From: an uncultured Gammaproteobacteria bacterium
GTDB taxonomy: Bacteria > Patescibacteriota > Microgenomatia > Levybacterales > UBA12049
Assembly (NCBI GenBank): GCA_964507055.1
Contig: CAZDOJ010000001.1
Span: forward strand, 849,313 to 913,312
Direction: 5' to 3'
Length of the DNA stretch: 64,000 nucleotides
In this document: positions 20,113-29,516 of the stretch, one piece after another
Numbering within the stretch: position 1 is the first letter of the stretch
How the letters are laid out: each line of letters begins with the position of its first letter
Translations under genes and position numbers: made by a program
Notes under the pieces: generated by a model
Told to the model about the DNA's origin: nothing
Database searches by the model: none
Seen by the model: only the letters and a program-made list of their open reading frames with translations

Positions 20113-20670
20113 TTATTGAACCTCAACTCGTCCAACATCCATGAGCCAGCCTGCATGCTGTGCGGTTTGAGTAGCTCCCCATACCTTTATCTTCTTATCA
20201 ACAAATTTGGATAGATCAACGGTTGAAGAAGTCATATAGACGTTTTGACTTTCACCACCTGGTCGCTCCAAATGATATTGTCCTTCCCCTTCAATGCCGC
20301 CTTCTTTAAGCGTTCCCTCAGCTGTATCTTTATATGCTGAAGTATCTTCTGTACCAAAGGTCTGACCTTTTGCAGGGGCATTTGGATTAAGTGCACCGGG
20401 TACCACACTTTTTTGTCCTGGTTTCGAAGAAAACGCTGCAACTCCATAGCCAGTGCCTACTCCAAGTGCTGCCATAACCAACAGTACGACAAGAATTTGT
20501 ACTGTTGATGGTCCTTTCTTTGTATCCTTAAATGATTGCATAGTTGATCCTGATGATTTGCTTTCAAATGCTAATTTTGAGGTAGAAGACCCGTCTGTTT
20601 TTGTAGCAACAGAAGCCGGTGTTGAACTTGTTGCTGGCTGAGATTGTTTTGGTGTTTCTTTGCTTTCCAT
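20113..20670 (-). CDS. Hypothetical bitopic membrane protein
   Basis: S/T-rich N-terminus, one TM helix (VQILVVLLVMAALGVGTGYGVAAF), and a C-terminal domain of unknown function. Confidence 0.5.
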   Translation of the reverse strand: MESKETPKQSQPATSSTPASVATKTDGSSTSKLAFESKSSGSTMQSFKDTKKGPSTVQILVVLLVMAALGVGTGYGVAAFSSKPGQKSVVPGALNPNAPAKGQTFGTEDTSAYKDTAEGTLKEGGIEGEGQYHLERPGGESQNVYMTSSTVDLSKFVDKKIKVWGATQTAQHAGWLMDVGRVEVQ

Positions 20671-20767
20671 ACGGATTTCTTACCTGGCCGTTATCCTTAG
20701 TAAAACATATTTGCGATCTTTTGGCAACACTCGCAAACTCGCCTGAAAGTCTTGGTATAATACATCA

Positions 20768-21616
20768 ATGGTAAAACACAATGTACAAATAATGGGGATA
20801 TTAAATATTACACCCGATTCATTTTCTGATGGAGGCTTATATAAAGATAAAAATCATGCTGTCCACCATGCCGAAAAAATGGTACAAGAAGGTGCAGATA
20901 TCATTGATATTGGTGGAGAGTCAACAAGGCCTGGTGCAAGTGAAATAACTGAAGACGAAGAGTTAAAACGTGTTATTCCCGTTATTAAAGAGCTCAAAAA
21001 GAAATTGCCTCATCTGATTCTTTCGATTGATACCCGAAAGTCAGCTGTTGCACAAGCAGCTGTAAAAGAAGGATGCACTATTATTAATAGCCTTGGAGGA
21101 TTTTTATATGATGAAAGACTAGCAAACGTCGCTGCAAATGCTCAAGTACAATGTCTTATCTACCACATAAAAGGCACCCCAAAGACCATGCAAAAAGGAA
21201 AGATAACCTATGACAATGTCATTGATGAAATATCTCAGTTCTTTAAAAACCAAATCGAAATTGGTAAAAAAGCAGGAATGAGAGATGAGCAATTCATCAT
21301 CGATCCTGGAATTGGATTTGGAAAAACAATGGAACAGAATTTCGCAATAATCCGTCATCTTCATGCCTTCAAAAAACTTCAGTACCCAATTGCCATTGGA
21401 GTCTCAAGAAAAAGTCATCTGGGCATGTTGTTGCAGGAACAATTGCAACTTGATACACTACCATCCGTTGATGAGAGACTCGAAGCATCACTTGCTGAAA
21501 CTGCAATTGCAATAATAAACGGTGCAACCATCGTACGAACGCATGATGTACTGCAAACCAAGAAATTTATAACAACACTAGAAACAATAATTTCCAATGA
21601 ACATTCAAGCATTTAA
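20768..21616 (+). CDS. folP: Dihydropteroate synthase
   Basis: ILNITPDSFSDGG...DIGGESTRPGA pterin-binding motifs. Confidence 0.9.
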   Translation: MVKHNVQIMGILNITPDSFSDGGLYKDKNHAVHHAEKMVQEGADIIDIGGESTRPGASEITEDEELKRVIPVIKELKKKLPHLILSIDTRKSAVAQAAVKEGCTIINSLGGFLYDERLANVAANAQVQCLIYHIKGTPKTMQKGKITYDNVIDEISQFFKNQIEIGKKAGMRDEQFIIDPGIGFGKTMEQNFAIIRHLHAFKKLQYPIAIGVSRKSHLGMLLQEQLQLDTLPSVDERLEASLAETAIAIINGATIVRTHDVLQTKKFITTLETIISNEHSSI

Positions 21617-22340
21617 AACAAAAAAAATAACCTCAGGAGATAGTCTCTTTACTATTCTCGATGAGAGTTTACCAAAACCTCAGGAGAATTCTGTTATTGC
21701 TGTGACCTCAAAAATTGTAGGCATTTGTGAGGGACGTTTGGTCAAAGCAGGGACACTTGAAGAGAAATTTAAACTTGCAGAAAAAGAAGCAGATTATTAT
21801 CTCCCACCGGAAGAAAACCAGTATGGCATCATGCTCTCCATCAATCATAATCTCTTGGTCGCATCTGCAGGTATTGACGCATCCAACAGTGACGGATACT
21901 TTAGTCTCTGGCCAAAAGATCCACAAAAAAGCGTCAATAAGATACGAGAATATTTGTCAAAGAAACATAACCTCAAACATATTGGTGTCATTCTCACTGA
22001 TAGTAAATTAAGTCCGCTCCGCTGGGGTGTCACTGGCTATGCAATAACGCATAGTGGTTTTCGGGCACTTAATAGTTATATCGGCAAGGAAGACCTTTTT
22101 GGAAGAGAGATGCATATGGAACAAACAAATGTTATTGATTCACTTTCGTCAGCTGCTGTATTAGTCATGGGAGAAGGCTCAGAACAAACCCCACTGGCAG
22201 TTGTAACAGATTTGCCTTTTGTAGAGTTTCAGGAGAGAAATCCCAATGAAGAAGAACTCAACGCATTGAGAATTGAAATAAAAGATGACGTCTACGCTTC
22301 AATGCTTTCAGCAGTGCCGTGGAAAAAAGGCAAAAAATAA
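21597..22340 (+). CDS. CofE-like gamma-glutamyl ligase (F420-0:gamma-glutamyl ligase family; putative folate-metabolism gamma-glutamate ligase)
   Basis: VTSKIVGICEGR and AGIDASNSDGY motifs characteristic of CofE. It overlaps the folP 3-prime end by 20 nt. Confidence 0.7.
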   Translation: MNIQAFKTKKITSGDSLFTILDESLPKPQENSVIAVTSKIVGICEGRLVKAGTLEEKFKLAEKEADYYLPPEENQYGIMLSINHNLLVASAGIDASNSDGYFSLWPKDPQKSVNKIREYLSKKHNLKHIGVILTDSKLSPLRWGVTGYAITHSGFRALNSYIGKEDLFGREMHMEQTNVIDSLSSAAVLVMGEGSEQTPLAVVTDLPFVEFQERNPNEEELNALRIEIKDDVYASMLSAVPWKKGKK

Positions 22341-22342
22341 CC

Positions 22343-22681
22343 TCACTTTAATAATTTGCTACCTTTAAGATCTGCTGCAGTAACAACCAGCTTTTCTCGA
22401 ATTACACCGGCAACTTCAGGCTTGATCGCATTTAAAACCATCTCAGCTCTGGGAAGATCTTCCACTGGTCCTGCAACAATTCCAACTGCCAGATGCAATG
22501 CTCTTTCACGCCTATTTACTCGCTCTATGGAATCGGGGACGTTACTCGTCGTAGTTGTAGTTAAAATTTTTCCTAATTCAAACACTCTATTTACTACTGT
22601 TTGGCCCTGCTTAGGTTCTTGGGGAGTAACTAAACTTTGTTGGATAGTCGCTAAATATTCTGCTTTTCTTCTTTCACTCAT
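22343..22681 (-). CDS. Hypothetical protein
   Basis: 112-aa charged ORF downstream of prfB on the same strand. I preferred it over the fully overlapping plus-strand ORF 22356..22715, whose translation is low-complexity. Confidence 0.35.
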   Translation of the reverse strand: MSERRKAEYLATIQQSLVTPQEPKQGQTVVNRVFELGKILTTTTTSNVPDSIERVNRRERALHLAVGIVAGPVEDLPRAEMVLNAIKPEVAGVIREKLVVTAADLKGSKLLK

Positions 22682-22720
22682 AGGAAATATTATACTAAAA
22701 ATAAAAGCATATTGAGGATA

Positions 22721-23728
22721 TTAAGAAAGCATACGCAGTTCCTCTTCAATAAATTGATCTAATTCTCCCCCTAGTACTGCATCGGTATTTCCTGTTTCGA
22801 CATTTGTACGAAGATCCTTTACCATACGATATGGATGCAGGACATACGATCGGATTTGATTTCCCCACCCTGGAGTTTTATAGCCACCTTTTAATGCAGC
22901 TTCTTCTTTCTTTCTTTTTTCCTCTTCAATTGCCCAGAGTTTTGCCTTGAGAAGTTTCATCGCGAACTCTCTATTCTGTCCTTGATAGCGTTGTGTTTGG
23001 GCGGTGACGACAATTCCTGAAGGAATATGCTTCAAACGTACAGCAGTACTCACTTTATTTACGTTTTGTCCACCGTGACCACCTGAACGAAAAGCATCAA
23101 ATTCGATGTCATCATCTTTAATTTCAATTGTGTCATCTTGTACAATTTCGGGCAAAACTTCAACCATCGCAAATGATGTTTGGCGAAGTGCATCAGCATT
23201 AAATGGTGATAGTCGGACCAAACGATGGACGCCAGCTTCGTGTTTGAGATATCCATATGCATACTTCCCTTCAACAGCAAGTGTAATACTTTTGAGTCCA
23301 GCTTCTTCGCCAGGAGTTTGATCAAGGATGTCATATGCCCAACCTTTTTTCTCAAAATACTTTGTGTACATACGAAAAAGGATCGAAACCCAATCCATCG
23401 CTTCTGTCCCACCTTGTCCGGAATGAATCGCGAAAATTGCATTGGATTTATCATTTGGGGATGAAAAGAACATTAAGAGTTCCATCTTTTTCAAGAGTTT
23501 CTCAGCTTCAGCATGTTCTCCTTCTTCCATCCAAAATTCAAGCAGTTCTACTTCTTCAACCTCTTTCTGCAGAGAAGACATCTCTTTCATTTTCGTTGCA
23601 GCGGTTTGATGATCATCCCAGAAACCAGGCTTCATACTTTCGGCTTCCAGCTCACGAATGCGTTTCCGTTTTTCGTCGGCATTAATCTTTTCTATTAATT
23701 TGGTACTACGCGTGTGTAAATCGTCCAT
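22721..23728 (-). CDS. prfB: Peptide chain release factor 2
   Basis: SPF tripeptide (RLSPFNA) and GGQ (SGGHGGQNVNK). It is a single uninterrupted ORF; I found no in-frame UGA or upstream frame-0 leader. Confidence 0.9.
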   Translation of the reverse strand: MDDLHTRSTKLIEKINADEKRKRIRELEAESMKPGFWDDHQTAATKMKEMSSLQKEVEEVELLEFWMEEGEHAEAEKLLKKMELLMFFSSPNDKSNAIFAIHSGQGGTEAMDWVSILFRMYTKYFEKKGWAYDILDQTPGEEAGLKSITLAVEGKYAYGYLKHEAGVHRLVRLSPFNADALRQTSFAMVEVLPEIVQDDTIEIKDDDIEFDAFRSGGHGGQNVNKVSTAVRLKHIPSGIVVTAQTQRYQGQNREFAMKLLKAKLWAIEEEKRKKEEAALKGGYKTPGWGNQIRSYVLHPYRMVKDLRTNVETGNTDAVLGGELDQFIEEELRMLS

Positions 23729-23737
23729 GATCTGTAC

Positions 23738-23743
23738 ATTATA
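23738..23743 (-). promoter_or_regulatory. Candidate -10 box (TATAAT) immediately upstream of prfB, suggesting a leaderless or near-leaderless transcript
   Basis: rc gives tagTATAATgtacagatcATG; the -10 lies only 10 nt before the start codon, and there is no SD. Confidence 0.3.
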
Positions 23744-23757
23744 CTACGAGTAAGAGT

Positions 23758-24072
23758 TTATTTTTCTCGATTGGTGAAGTTGTTGAGCTGGTCCTCTGAA
23801 TATTCCCTGGCATTTTGTAAATCTTGAGGAATTTTCTGGAAGCGTTGGAGGAAACCGAAAATATCTCCAACCGTTACATCACTTGCACTGTCTGCTGCTT
23901 TCTCAGCTTGTTTCCCTATATCGGATTGGATCTCGTTACTGACTTCTTGAGCTTTCTCTGTACTTGCACCTTTTACACCTACTGTTTGCTGTGCTATTCC
24001 ATAATAATTACTTACAGCATACACAATAGCAGCAAGGACCAAAAAAGCGATGATATTTCTTAGGACAGACAT
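23758..24072 (-). CDS. Hypothetical small membrane-anchored protein
   Basis: N-terminal TM (IIAFLVLAAIVYAVSNYYGI) then a charged tail; 104 aa. Confidence 0.45.
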   Translation of the reverse strand: MSVLRNIIAFLVLAAIVYAVSNYYGIAQQTVGVKGASTEKAQEVSNEIQSDIGKQAEKAADSASDVTVGDIFGFLQRFQKIPQDLQNAREYSEDQLNNFTNREK

Positions 24073-24127
24073 CGTATCTAGTATACCAAATAGAAAGAAA
24101 TAGGAACCTTTACTTCCTCATCAATTT

Positions 24128-25180
24128 TTGACATACTTAATTATGGATCACCACTTTTCTAAAAATCCTCGAACTTTTCCAGACTTTCCACTCGCAGAAC
24201 TGCACACGCATATCGGATCAGCAATTAATCCTTTTGTGTATTGGCAAATCGCACATGAACAAGGAGAGAAACTTCCGAAGAAAGATTACCATGAATTCGT
24301 CGAACATATTACCCTATCTCCAAACAGAAAAATGAAGCTCAATGAATATCTCAAAAAAATTTACCATCCAGTCCTAGACAAACTCAGTTCAGGAACATTT
24401 GCTCTTGAAAAAGCGATGTATGAAACCATGGGCGGTGCATATAGAAACAACATTAAGCATATTGAAATTCGCGGAAATATCATGCGACACAATAATAACG
24501 GAGAACAGGATCTTGATCACATCATCATGGCAATGCTTCGGGGTATGGAACGAGCATTTCTTGAATATCCAAATCTTTCTGGTGGATATATATTCTGTCT
24601 TGCACGGGAATTTGATATTGAGAAAAACGCGATAATGATTGAGAAAGCTATTAAGTATAAAAGACGTGGCGTTGTCGCAATCGATTTTGCTGGTGGTTCT
24701 AATCCGAATTTCCATTTGAAGGATTATAAAAACTTGATTGTAAAAGCAAAACGTGCTGGACTTGCTGTAACAACACATTCAGGAGAGGTTGATGATTCAA
24801 ATGACATGTGGGAAGCACTTGAATATATTAAGCCTCAGAGAATCGGACATGGGATTAAAGCAGCTTACGATAAACCATTGATGAAAGAATTGGTGAAACA
24901 GGACATTGTTCTTGAAGTTTGTCCTCTGAGTAATCTGATGACCAAAGCTGTTGAAAATGAAGAAGAGCTAAAATTTATTTTACGGACATTTATTGAAAAT
25001 AATGTAAAATTCACAATCAATACGGATTGGCCCGAAATGATTGCTGATGCCCATTTATGGAGACAATTTGCATTCCTGCGAGAGAAAGGAATTATGACCG
25101 AAGAAGAACTTAAGCGATGTAATAAAATTGCTTTTGCTTCGGCTTTTGCACCAAAGGGCGGCCTCAACGCTTATTTGTAG
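24128..25180 (+). CDS. Adenosine/AMP deaminase-family metal-dependent hydrolase
   Basis: LAELHTHIGSA (HxH metal site), THSGEV, and TINTDWP (SLNTDDP-like) motifs. Confidence 0.75.
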   Translation: MTYLIMDHHFSKNPRTFPDFPLAELHTHIGSAINPFVYWQIAHEQGEKLPKKDYHEFVEHITLSPNRKMKLNEYLKKIYHPVLDKLSSGTFALEKAMYETMGGAYRNNIKHIEIRGNIMRHNNNGEQDLDHIIMAMLRGMERAFLEYPNLSGGYIFCLAREFDIEKNAIMIEKAIKYKRRGVVAIDFAGGSNPNFHLKDYKNLIVKAKRAGLAVTTHSGEVDDSNDMWEALEYIKPQRIGHGIKAAYDKPLMKELVKQDIVLEVCPLSNLMTKAVENEEELKFILRTFIENNVKFTINTDWPEMIADAHLWRQFAFLREKGIMTEEELKRCNKIAFASAFAPKGGLNAYL

Positions 25181-25192
25181 TATAATACGCTT

Positions 25193-25834
25193 ATGGATCA
25201 GAAAAACATTTGCACAATGTATATCGTTCGCCATGGACAGTCGGTTGCGAATGAACAAGGTAGACACGGTATGGATACGCCTTTAACTGAAAAAGGGCAA
25301 GAACAGGCATGTGAAGCAGCACAAAAACTAAAAGATGTTCATTTTGATATAGCATTTTCTTCTCCATTGCAGCGTGCATATGAAACAGCAAAAACAATTG
25401 CGGCAGAACATAATTTAGCAGTAAATATAAAAGAAGCTTTGAAAGAAAGAAACGAAGGAGCAATTGATGGAAGGCTTAGTCAAGAAGTTCGAGAAGAATT
25501 AAAGGATCTTTATGAAATGCGTCACACACTTCCCTACGATGAATGGAAATCAGTAAAGCTAACCGAAGGTTATGAAAGCGACGAAGAATTAATGTCACGC
25601 TTCATCACGGAACTTCGTGAAATCGCTATTGCTTACCCTAGTAAAACTGTCCTTGTTGGAAGCCATGTCGGCCTGATGAAAACGCTTCTCGTCCATTTAG
25701 GCGAAGGTACACATGCAACATTGAAGGGTCAAGCGTTTAAGAATACTGGCTATATTGTGTTGAAGTCTGATGGTATAGAGTTTGAAATCGCAGAAACATA
25801 CGGTATCAACAAGCCAGAAGATCAATTAAAATAG
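25193..25834 (+). CDS. Histidine phosphatase family protein (phosphoglycerate mutase-like)
   Basis: IVRHGQSVANE (RHG motif) ... SSPLQRAYETA ... GSHVG. Confidence 0.75.
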   Translation: MDQKNICTMYIVRHGQSVANEQGRHGMDTPLTEKGQEQACEAAQKLKDVHFDIAFSSPLQRAYETAKTIAAEHNLAVNIKEALKERNEGAIDGRLSQEVREELKDLYEMRHTLPYDEWKSVKLTEGYESDEELMSRFITELREIAIAYPSKTVLVGSHVGLMKTLLVHLGEGTHATLKGQAFKNTGYIVLKSDGIEFEIAETYGINKPEDQLK

Positions 25835-25842
25835 TTCCTCGT

Positions 25843-26520
25843 ATGACAGATAAAACAAACTGGAGTATCTCCCGCCAGTCCAATCAATATATTGAAGATC
25901 TTTTTATCCCGAAGGATGAAGCATTGGATTTTGCTATCAAAAATAGTAAGAAGCATAATCTCCCACCGATTCAGATTAATGCAGTCATCGGACGCATGCT
26001 GTACCTTCAAGCAAAATCGATCAATGCCAAAAACATATTGGAGATTGGGACACTCGGAGCATATAGCACTATTTGGTTGGCAAAAGCATTACCAAAAGAT
26101 GGAAAGATTGTCACAATTGAACATAATTCTAGTTATGCAGCAGTCGCTCAAGAAAATATCGAACATGCCAAACTTGAAAACAAAGTAGAACTCAAAATTG
26201 GTGAAGCATTAGAAGTCTTACCAAAAATAAAGCAAACCTTCGATTTCTTTTTCATTGATGCTCACAAAGAAGAATATATTCAGTACGTTGAGCATGCAAT
26301 TCAATTGAGCAAACCTGGATCAGTCATTATTTGTGATAATGTCCTAAGGAATGGTTGGGTAACCAAAGGAACTTTTGAAAAAGAATATTATGCAAAGCTC
26401 CATGAATTCAATCAATGGCTAGCCAATAATGAACAACTTGAATCAACGATTGTACCAACAGTCCTTCCACTAAAGGATCGAGATTATGTCGATGGAATTA
26501 GTGTGAGTTTGGTAAAGTAG
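25843..26520 (+). CDS. Class I SAM-dependent O-methyltransferase (family 3, caffeoyl-CoA OMT-like)
   Basis: ILEIGTLGAYSTIWLA (SAM motif I) ... FDFFFIDAHKEEY ... typical OMT-3 order. Confidence 0.75.
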   Translation: MTDKTNWSISRQSNQYIEDLFIPKDEALDFAIKNSKKHNLPPIQINAVIGRMLYLQAKSINAKNILEIGTLGAYSTIWLAKALPKDGKIVTIEHNSSYAAVAQENIEHAKLENKVELKIGEALEVLPKIKQTFDFFFIDAHKEEYIQYVEHAIQLSKPGSVIICDNVLRNGWVTKGTFEKEYYAKLHEFNQWLANNEQLESTIVPTVLPLKDRDYVDGISVSLVK

Positions 26521-28668
26521 CTACCTCATAGACGAAAGCTCACGTAAAAAGAGATTATAATCGCCACTATCCACTTTTCCATTATCATCAAGATCCGTAT
26601 TGATTGCAGGAACGTGAACTTGGCATACATTCTTGTTAAAAGGAGCATTTGGATCACTCATAGGAAGTGGATTAATTACTCCGTACCCACAATCAAGAAA
26701 AGCATTGTAGTCCATAACATTGATCAAATTGTCTCCCGTAACATCACCAGCATTCAAAATGATTTGTGATACAACATTTTCTTGATTAGATGTTATCGTA
26801 ACAGCTACATTCCTTTGCAGATATTTATCACTTTTGACATGCATAACATATGTACCAGAAGGAAAAGCACTTCCTAGATCCAATTTCCCTACAAAGTTTC
26901 CTGAAGCTGCATCATAGGTAATAGCAGCTGATTTACTGGCAACTTGGTTATTTGCACTATCAAACAGACGTACAGACAAATTCCGTTGCGGAGTTTGAGG
27001 AGACTTATTACTTAAGCTTCCTCCACCAGGATTAGAATTATCTCCTGACGACCCAACTCCGTGAAGAGCAATTGTAAATGAAAGTGTTGTAGAAGGACCT
27101 CCAGGATTTGGTGTCGTTGAAACCACCGGACTAACAGTTGGCTGTGGAGTAAAAAATGGCGTTGGAGGCGTTGCCCCAAAGTGAATAGCCACCGTTGCTT
27201 GTGTTGTAGTTGCTGTCATCGTTTGCACAGAGATCTTATGGTCTTCGTCAAAGAAAACCATACCTGGCTCCAATGCGGCATCAGCAAATGTAGTAGTTCC
27301 TGGATTTGCATCAAGAAGAACAGCATCACACTTCGATCCACCTGGGCAATCTGCTGGGGAAAGCCGGAGACTTATACCCTTAAAGACATTCGAACTAGGA
27401 CGATCTGGAATGGAAAGATACGTAAAGAAATTATCTAGCGTATCAAGACCATAAGGTTGTCGATATTCTAAATAATAGTACTGCTGAGCACCAGAAGCGG
27501 TAGTCGTACTTCTCGGTATTTTAATAAGCTGGACAGACGAAGACGATTGTTCTTGTGGAGCAAGTGTATATGTTCCTGTAGAGGTTACCTGCTGAATATT
27601 TTCAGGTGCAAACCATCCTGATAATTCTTTGTGAACATTACTGATGTGACCCAAACCGCCCCCTAATGGTTCATATGGATCACCTGCATCATCCACACAG
27701 TTATTGCTTATCGTAACTCTTCGTCCAGTGCTATCTGTACAAGAAAATGCATAAGCATGATCTAAATAGTCAACACTTGACTGGTCATTCTCAAGCGGTA
27801 ATGCATGAGCAATTTCATGGAGCAATACATGTTTGTAATTGTCTATTGGCCACGTTAGATCATACATAACGATATAATGACTTGTTGCACTTGTTAAGCC
27901 AACAAATCCTTTACATCCATTTGTCACAGGGAACATAAAAATGAACTTATCGTAGTTATTCATATCATTTCCTGCTTTTTGTGCTTCTTGTTTGGCTAAT
28001 TCTCCCCAATTTCGAACTTGCTCATTTGGACATTCTGTCGAAGGTGTTCCAATAGTAAGATCATATGGGATTGTGTACCAGCCAAAGACATCTCCATCAG
28101 GGCTTGTTTTGCCCTGCATATTATATAAACCATAAGATATTTCCTTAAAATAATTTTTGCTTGAGTCTGCATCAGTAAATATTTGCTTCTTTGCATCGGC
28201 TGGAGTTACAGGTTGAATCGTGTTATTTCTGAAATTAAACAAAATGACTGCAGTCTTAATATTTTTGGTAGTTGAGGAAGCTGTAACTTTGGACTGTGGC
28301 TCATCAATAATTTGTATAGCATTTGGAAGCTTTACGTCCACATGCAGTACGTTATTATGTTGTGTACCGACTACTTTAACTCGTGAACCTGAAGTAAGTT
28401 GTGAAGGAATCCCATTTACAAACTGCAGTCGTAAACTTCGCCTATCTAAAGTTTCTAATAGATATTCTTCTGTCGACTTTCCTGAGATTTGATCAAGAAT
28501 AAGAATTGAAACTTTCCCTTCAACGACACTTGTTGTTGATTGTGTGGACGAACGAGAGCGAATATCATTTATCTCTAAACGAAATATGCTTACAGGGAGA
28601 ATAATCAGTCCCATAAGCAAACTAAGTAAAATAAAAAAGGTCGGAGTATTGCGAAATTTTCGCATCAT
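26521..28668 (-). CDS. Secreted HExxH zinc metalloprotease with a C-terminal dockerin-like module
   Basis: Signal peptide/TM at the N-terminus, then a YKHVLLHEIAHAL zincin motif. The C-terminus has two Ca-loop-like repeats, GDVTGDNLINVMDYNAF and DLDDNGKVDSGDYNLF, that fit the dockerin pattern D-x-[DNT]-x-[DN]-G-x-[IV]-[ND]-x-x-D. Confidence 0.7.
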   Translation of the reverse strand: MMRKFRNTPTFFILLSLLMGLIILPVSIFRLEINDIRSRSSTQSTTSVVEGKVSILILDQISGKSTEEYLLETLDRRSLRLQFVNGIPSQLTSGSRVKVVGTQHNNVLHVDVKLPNAIQIIDEPQSKVTASSTTKNIKTAVILFNFRNNTIQPVTPADAKKQIFTDADSSKNYFKEISYGLYNMQGKTSPDGDVFGWYTIPYDLTIGTPSTECPNEQVRNWGELAKQEAQKAGNDMNNYDKFIFMFPVTNGCKGFVGLTSATSHYIVMYDLTWPIDNYKHVLLHEIAHALPLENDQSSVDYLDHAYAFSCTDSTGRRVTISNNCVDDAGDPYEPLGGGLGHISNVHKELSGWFAPENIQQVTSTGTYTLAPQEQSSSSVQLIKIPRSTTTASGAQQYYYLEYRQPYGLDTLDNFFTYLSIPDRPSSNVFKGISLRLSPADCPGGSKCDAVLLDANPGTTTFADAALEPGMVFFDEDHKISVQTMTATTTQATVAIHFGATPPTPFFTPQPTVSPVVSTTPNPGGPSTTLSFTIALHGVGSSGDNSNPGGGSLSNKSPQTPQRNLSVRLFDSANNQVASKSAAITYDAASGNFVGKLDLGSAFPSGTYVMHVKSDKYLQRNVAVTITSNQENVVSQIILNAGDVTGDNLINVMDYNAFLDCGYGVINPLPMSDPNAPFNKNVCQVHVPAINTDLDDNGKVDSGDYNLFLRELSSMR

Positions 28669-28711
28669 TAGTACATTATCGTGCCTTTACCCTGCAAAGT
28701 AAACTCTCTGA

Positions 28712-29458
28712 CTATTCAGACATTTCCCATTTTCCATACAACCACTCTAAATTTTCCTCTGGAAATTGCTCCCTGACAGTACTCGCAACATGTTGCTTTA
28801 TCTCATAGAGCCATCGACCTTGTGCTGAAGACTTTGCAGATACTTCTCTTTTATAGTTTTCGGAAATCTTCTTTCCCTGATCATCATTCACAGCATCTGA
28901 AACCAAAGCCATGGTTTGACGTAAAACATCAACACGATTAGCTTGGTGAGGATCATTAAAAAAGAACGATATATCATTAATTATTTCTGAATCTATTGTC
29001 GTACCTGGATAATAATATTTATTATTAATAAACCCTAGTATGACACGACCAACCTCTTCTGTTGAACCTACCCATAAGTTCTGTAATCTCTCTGGCGTTA
29101 TCTGGAATCGGCCTTCTCGCTTTACTTTTGAAAGTATACGCTGAGAAAGAGCTGCATCTTTAGTAAGTGGATATTCTGTAGAATAACGAACTTCTGCTTT
29201 TCGATGGTGAGAATTCATTGCTTTTCCGATACGATCCACTTGATCCTCCGTGACATCAGTATCAAAAAAATGATCCCATGTATCTGGAGGGTCTTTCAGG
29301 ACCGCATCCGTCAGAAGTGAACCTATACCTTCTCTATTTGTTTGTGGAAATCGACTATTACCTTTTAAATAGTCATTAAACCATGAGTCCTTTACATCTT
29401 GCGAAGAATCTCTTTCATAGGACATTGTAACTTCTGTACCAATACCACCTTCTGCCAT
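28712..29458 (-). CDS. Hypothetical cytoplasmic protein
   Basis: 248-aa ORF with no signal peptide, located 43 nt upstream of the metalloprotease gene. Confidence 0.5.
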   Translation of the reverse strand: MAEGGIGTEVTMSYERDSSQDVKDSWFNDYLKGNSRFPQTNREGIGSLLTDAVLKDPPDTWDHFFDTDVTEDQVDRIGKAMNSHHRKAEVRYSTEYPLTKDAALSQRILSKVKREGRFQITPERLQNLWVGSTEEVGRVILGFINNKYYYPGTTIDSEIINDISFFFNDPHQANRVDVLRQTMALVSDAVNDDQGKKISENYKREVSAKSSAQGRWLYEIKQHVASTVREQFPEENLEWLYGKWEMSE

Positions 29459-29516
29459 AGTAATTTATGATATCACAGCATTGCTAATGAAGTTATTTAT
29501 CAAAGCCACGAAGTTA

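Noticed and set aside
22356-22715. Plus-strand 119-aa ORF fully overlapping minus ORF 22343..22681
   Set aside because: Its translation is hydrophobic and low-complexity (…LLVVVVVKIF…), and it is antisense to the prfB operon direction. I kept the minus-strand ORF instead, at low confidence.
23729-23800. Programmed +1 frameshift site in prfB
   Set aside because: I inspected 70 nt upstream of the ATG on the minus strand. There is no CTT TGA C motif and no frame-0 leader ORF, so the gene is unframeshifted.
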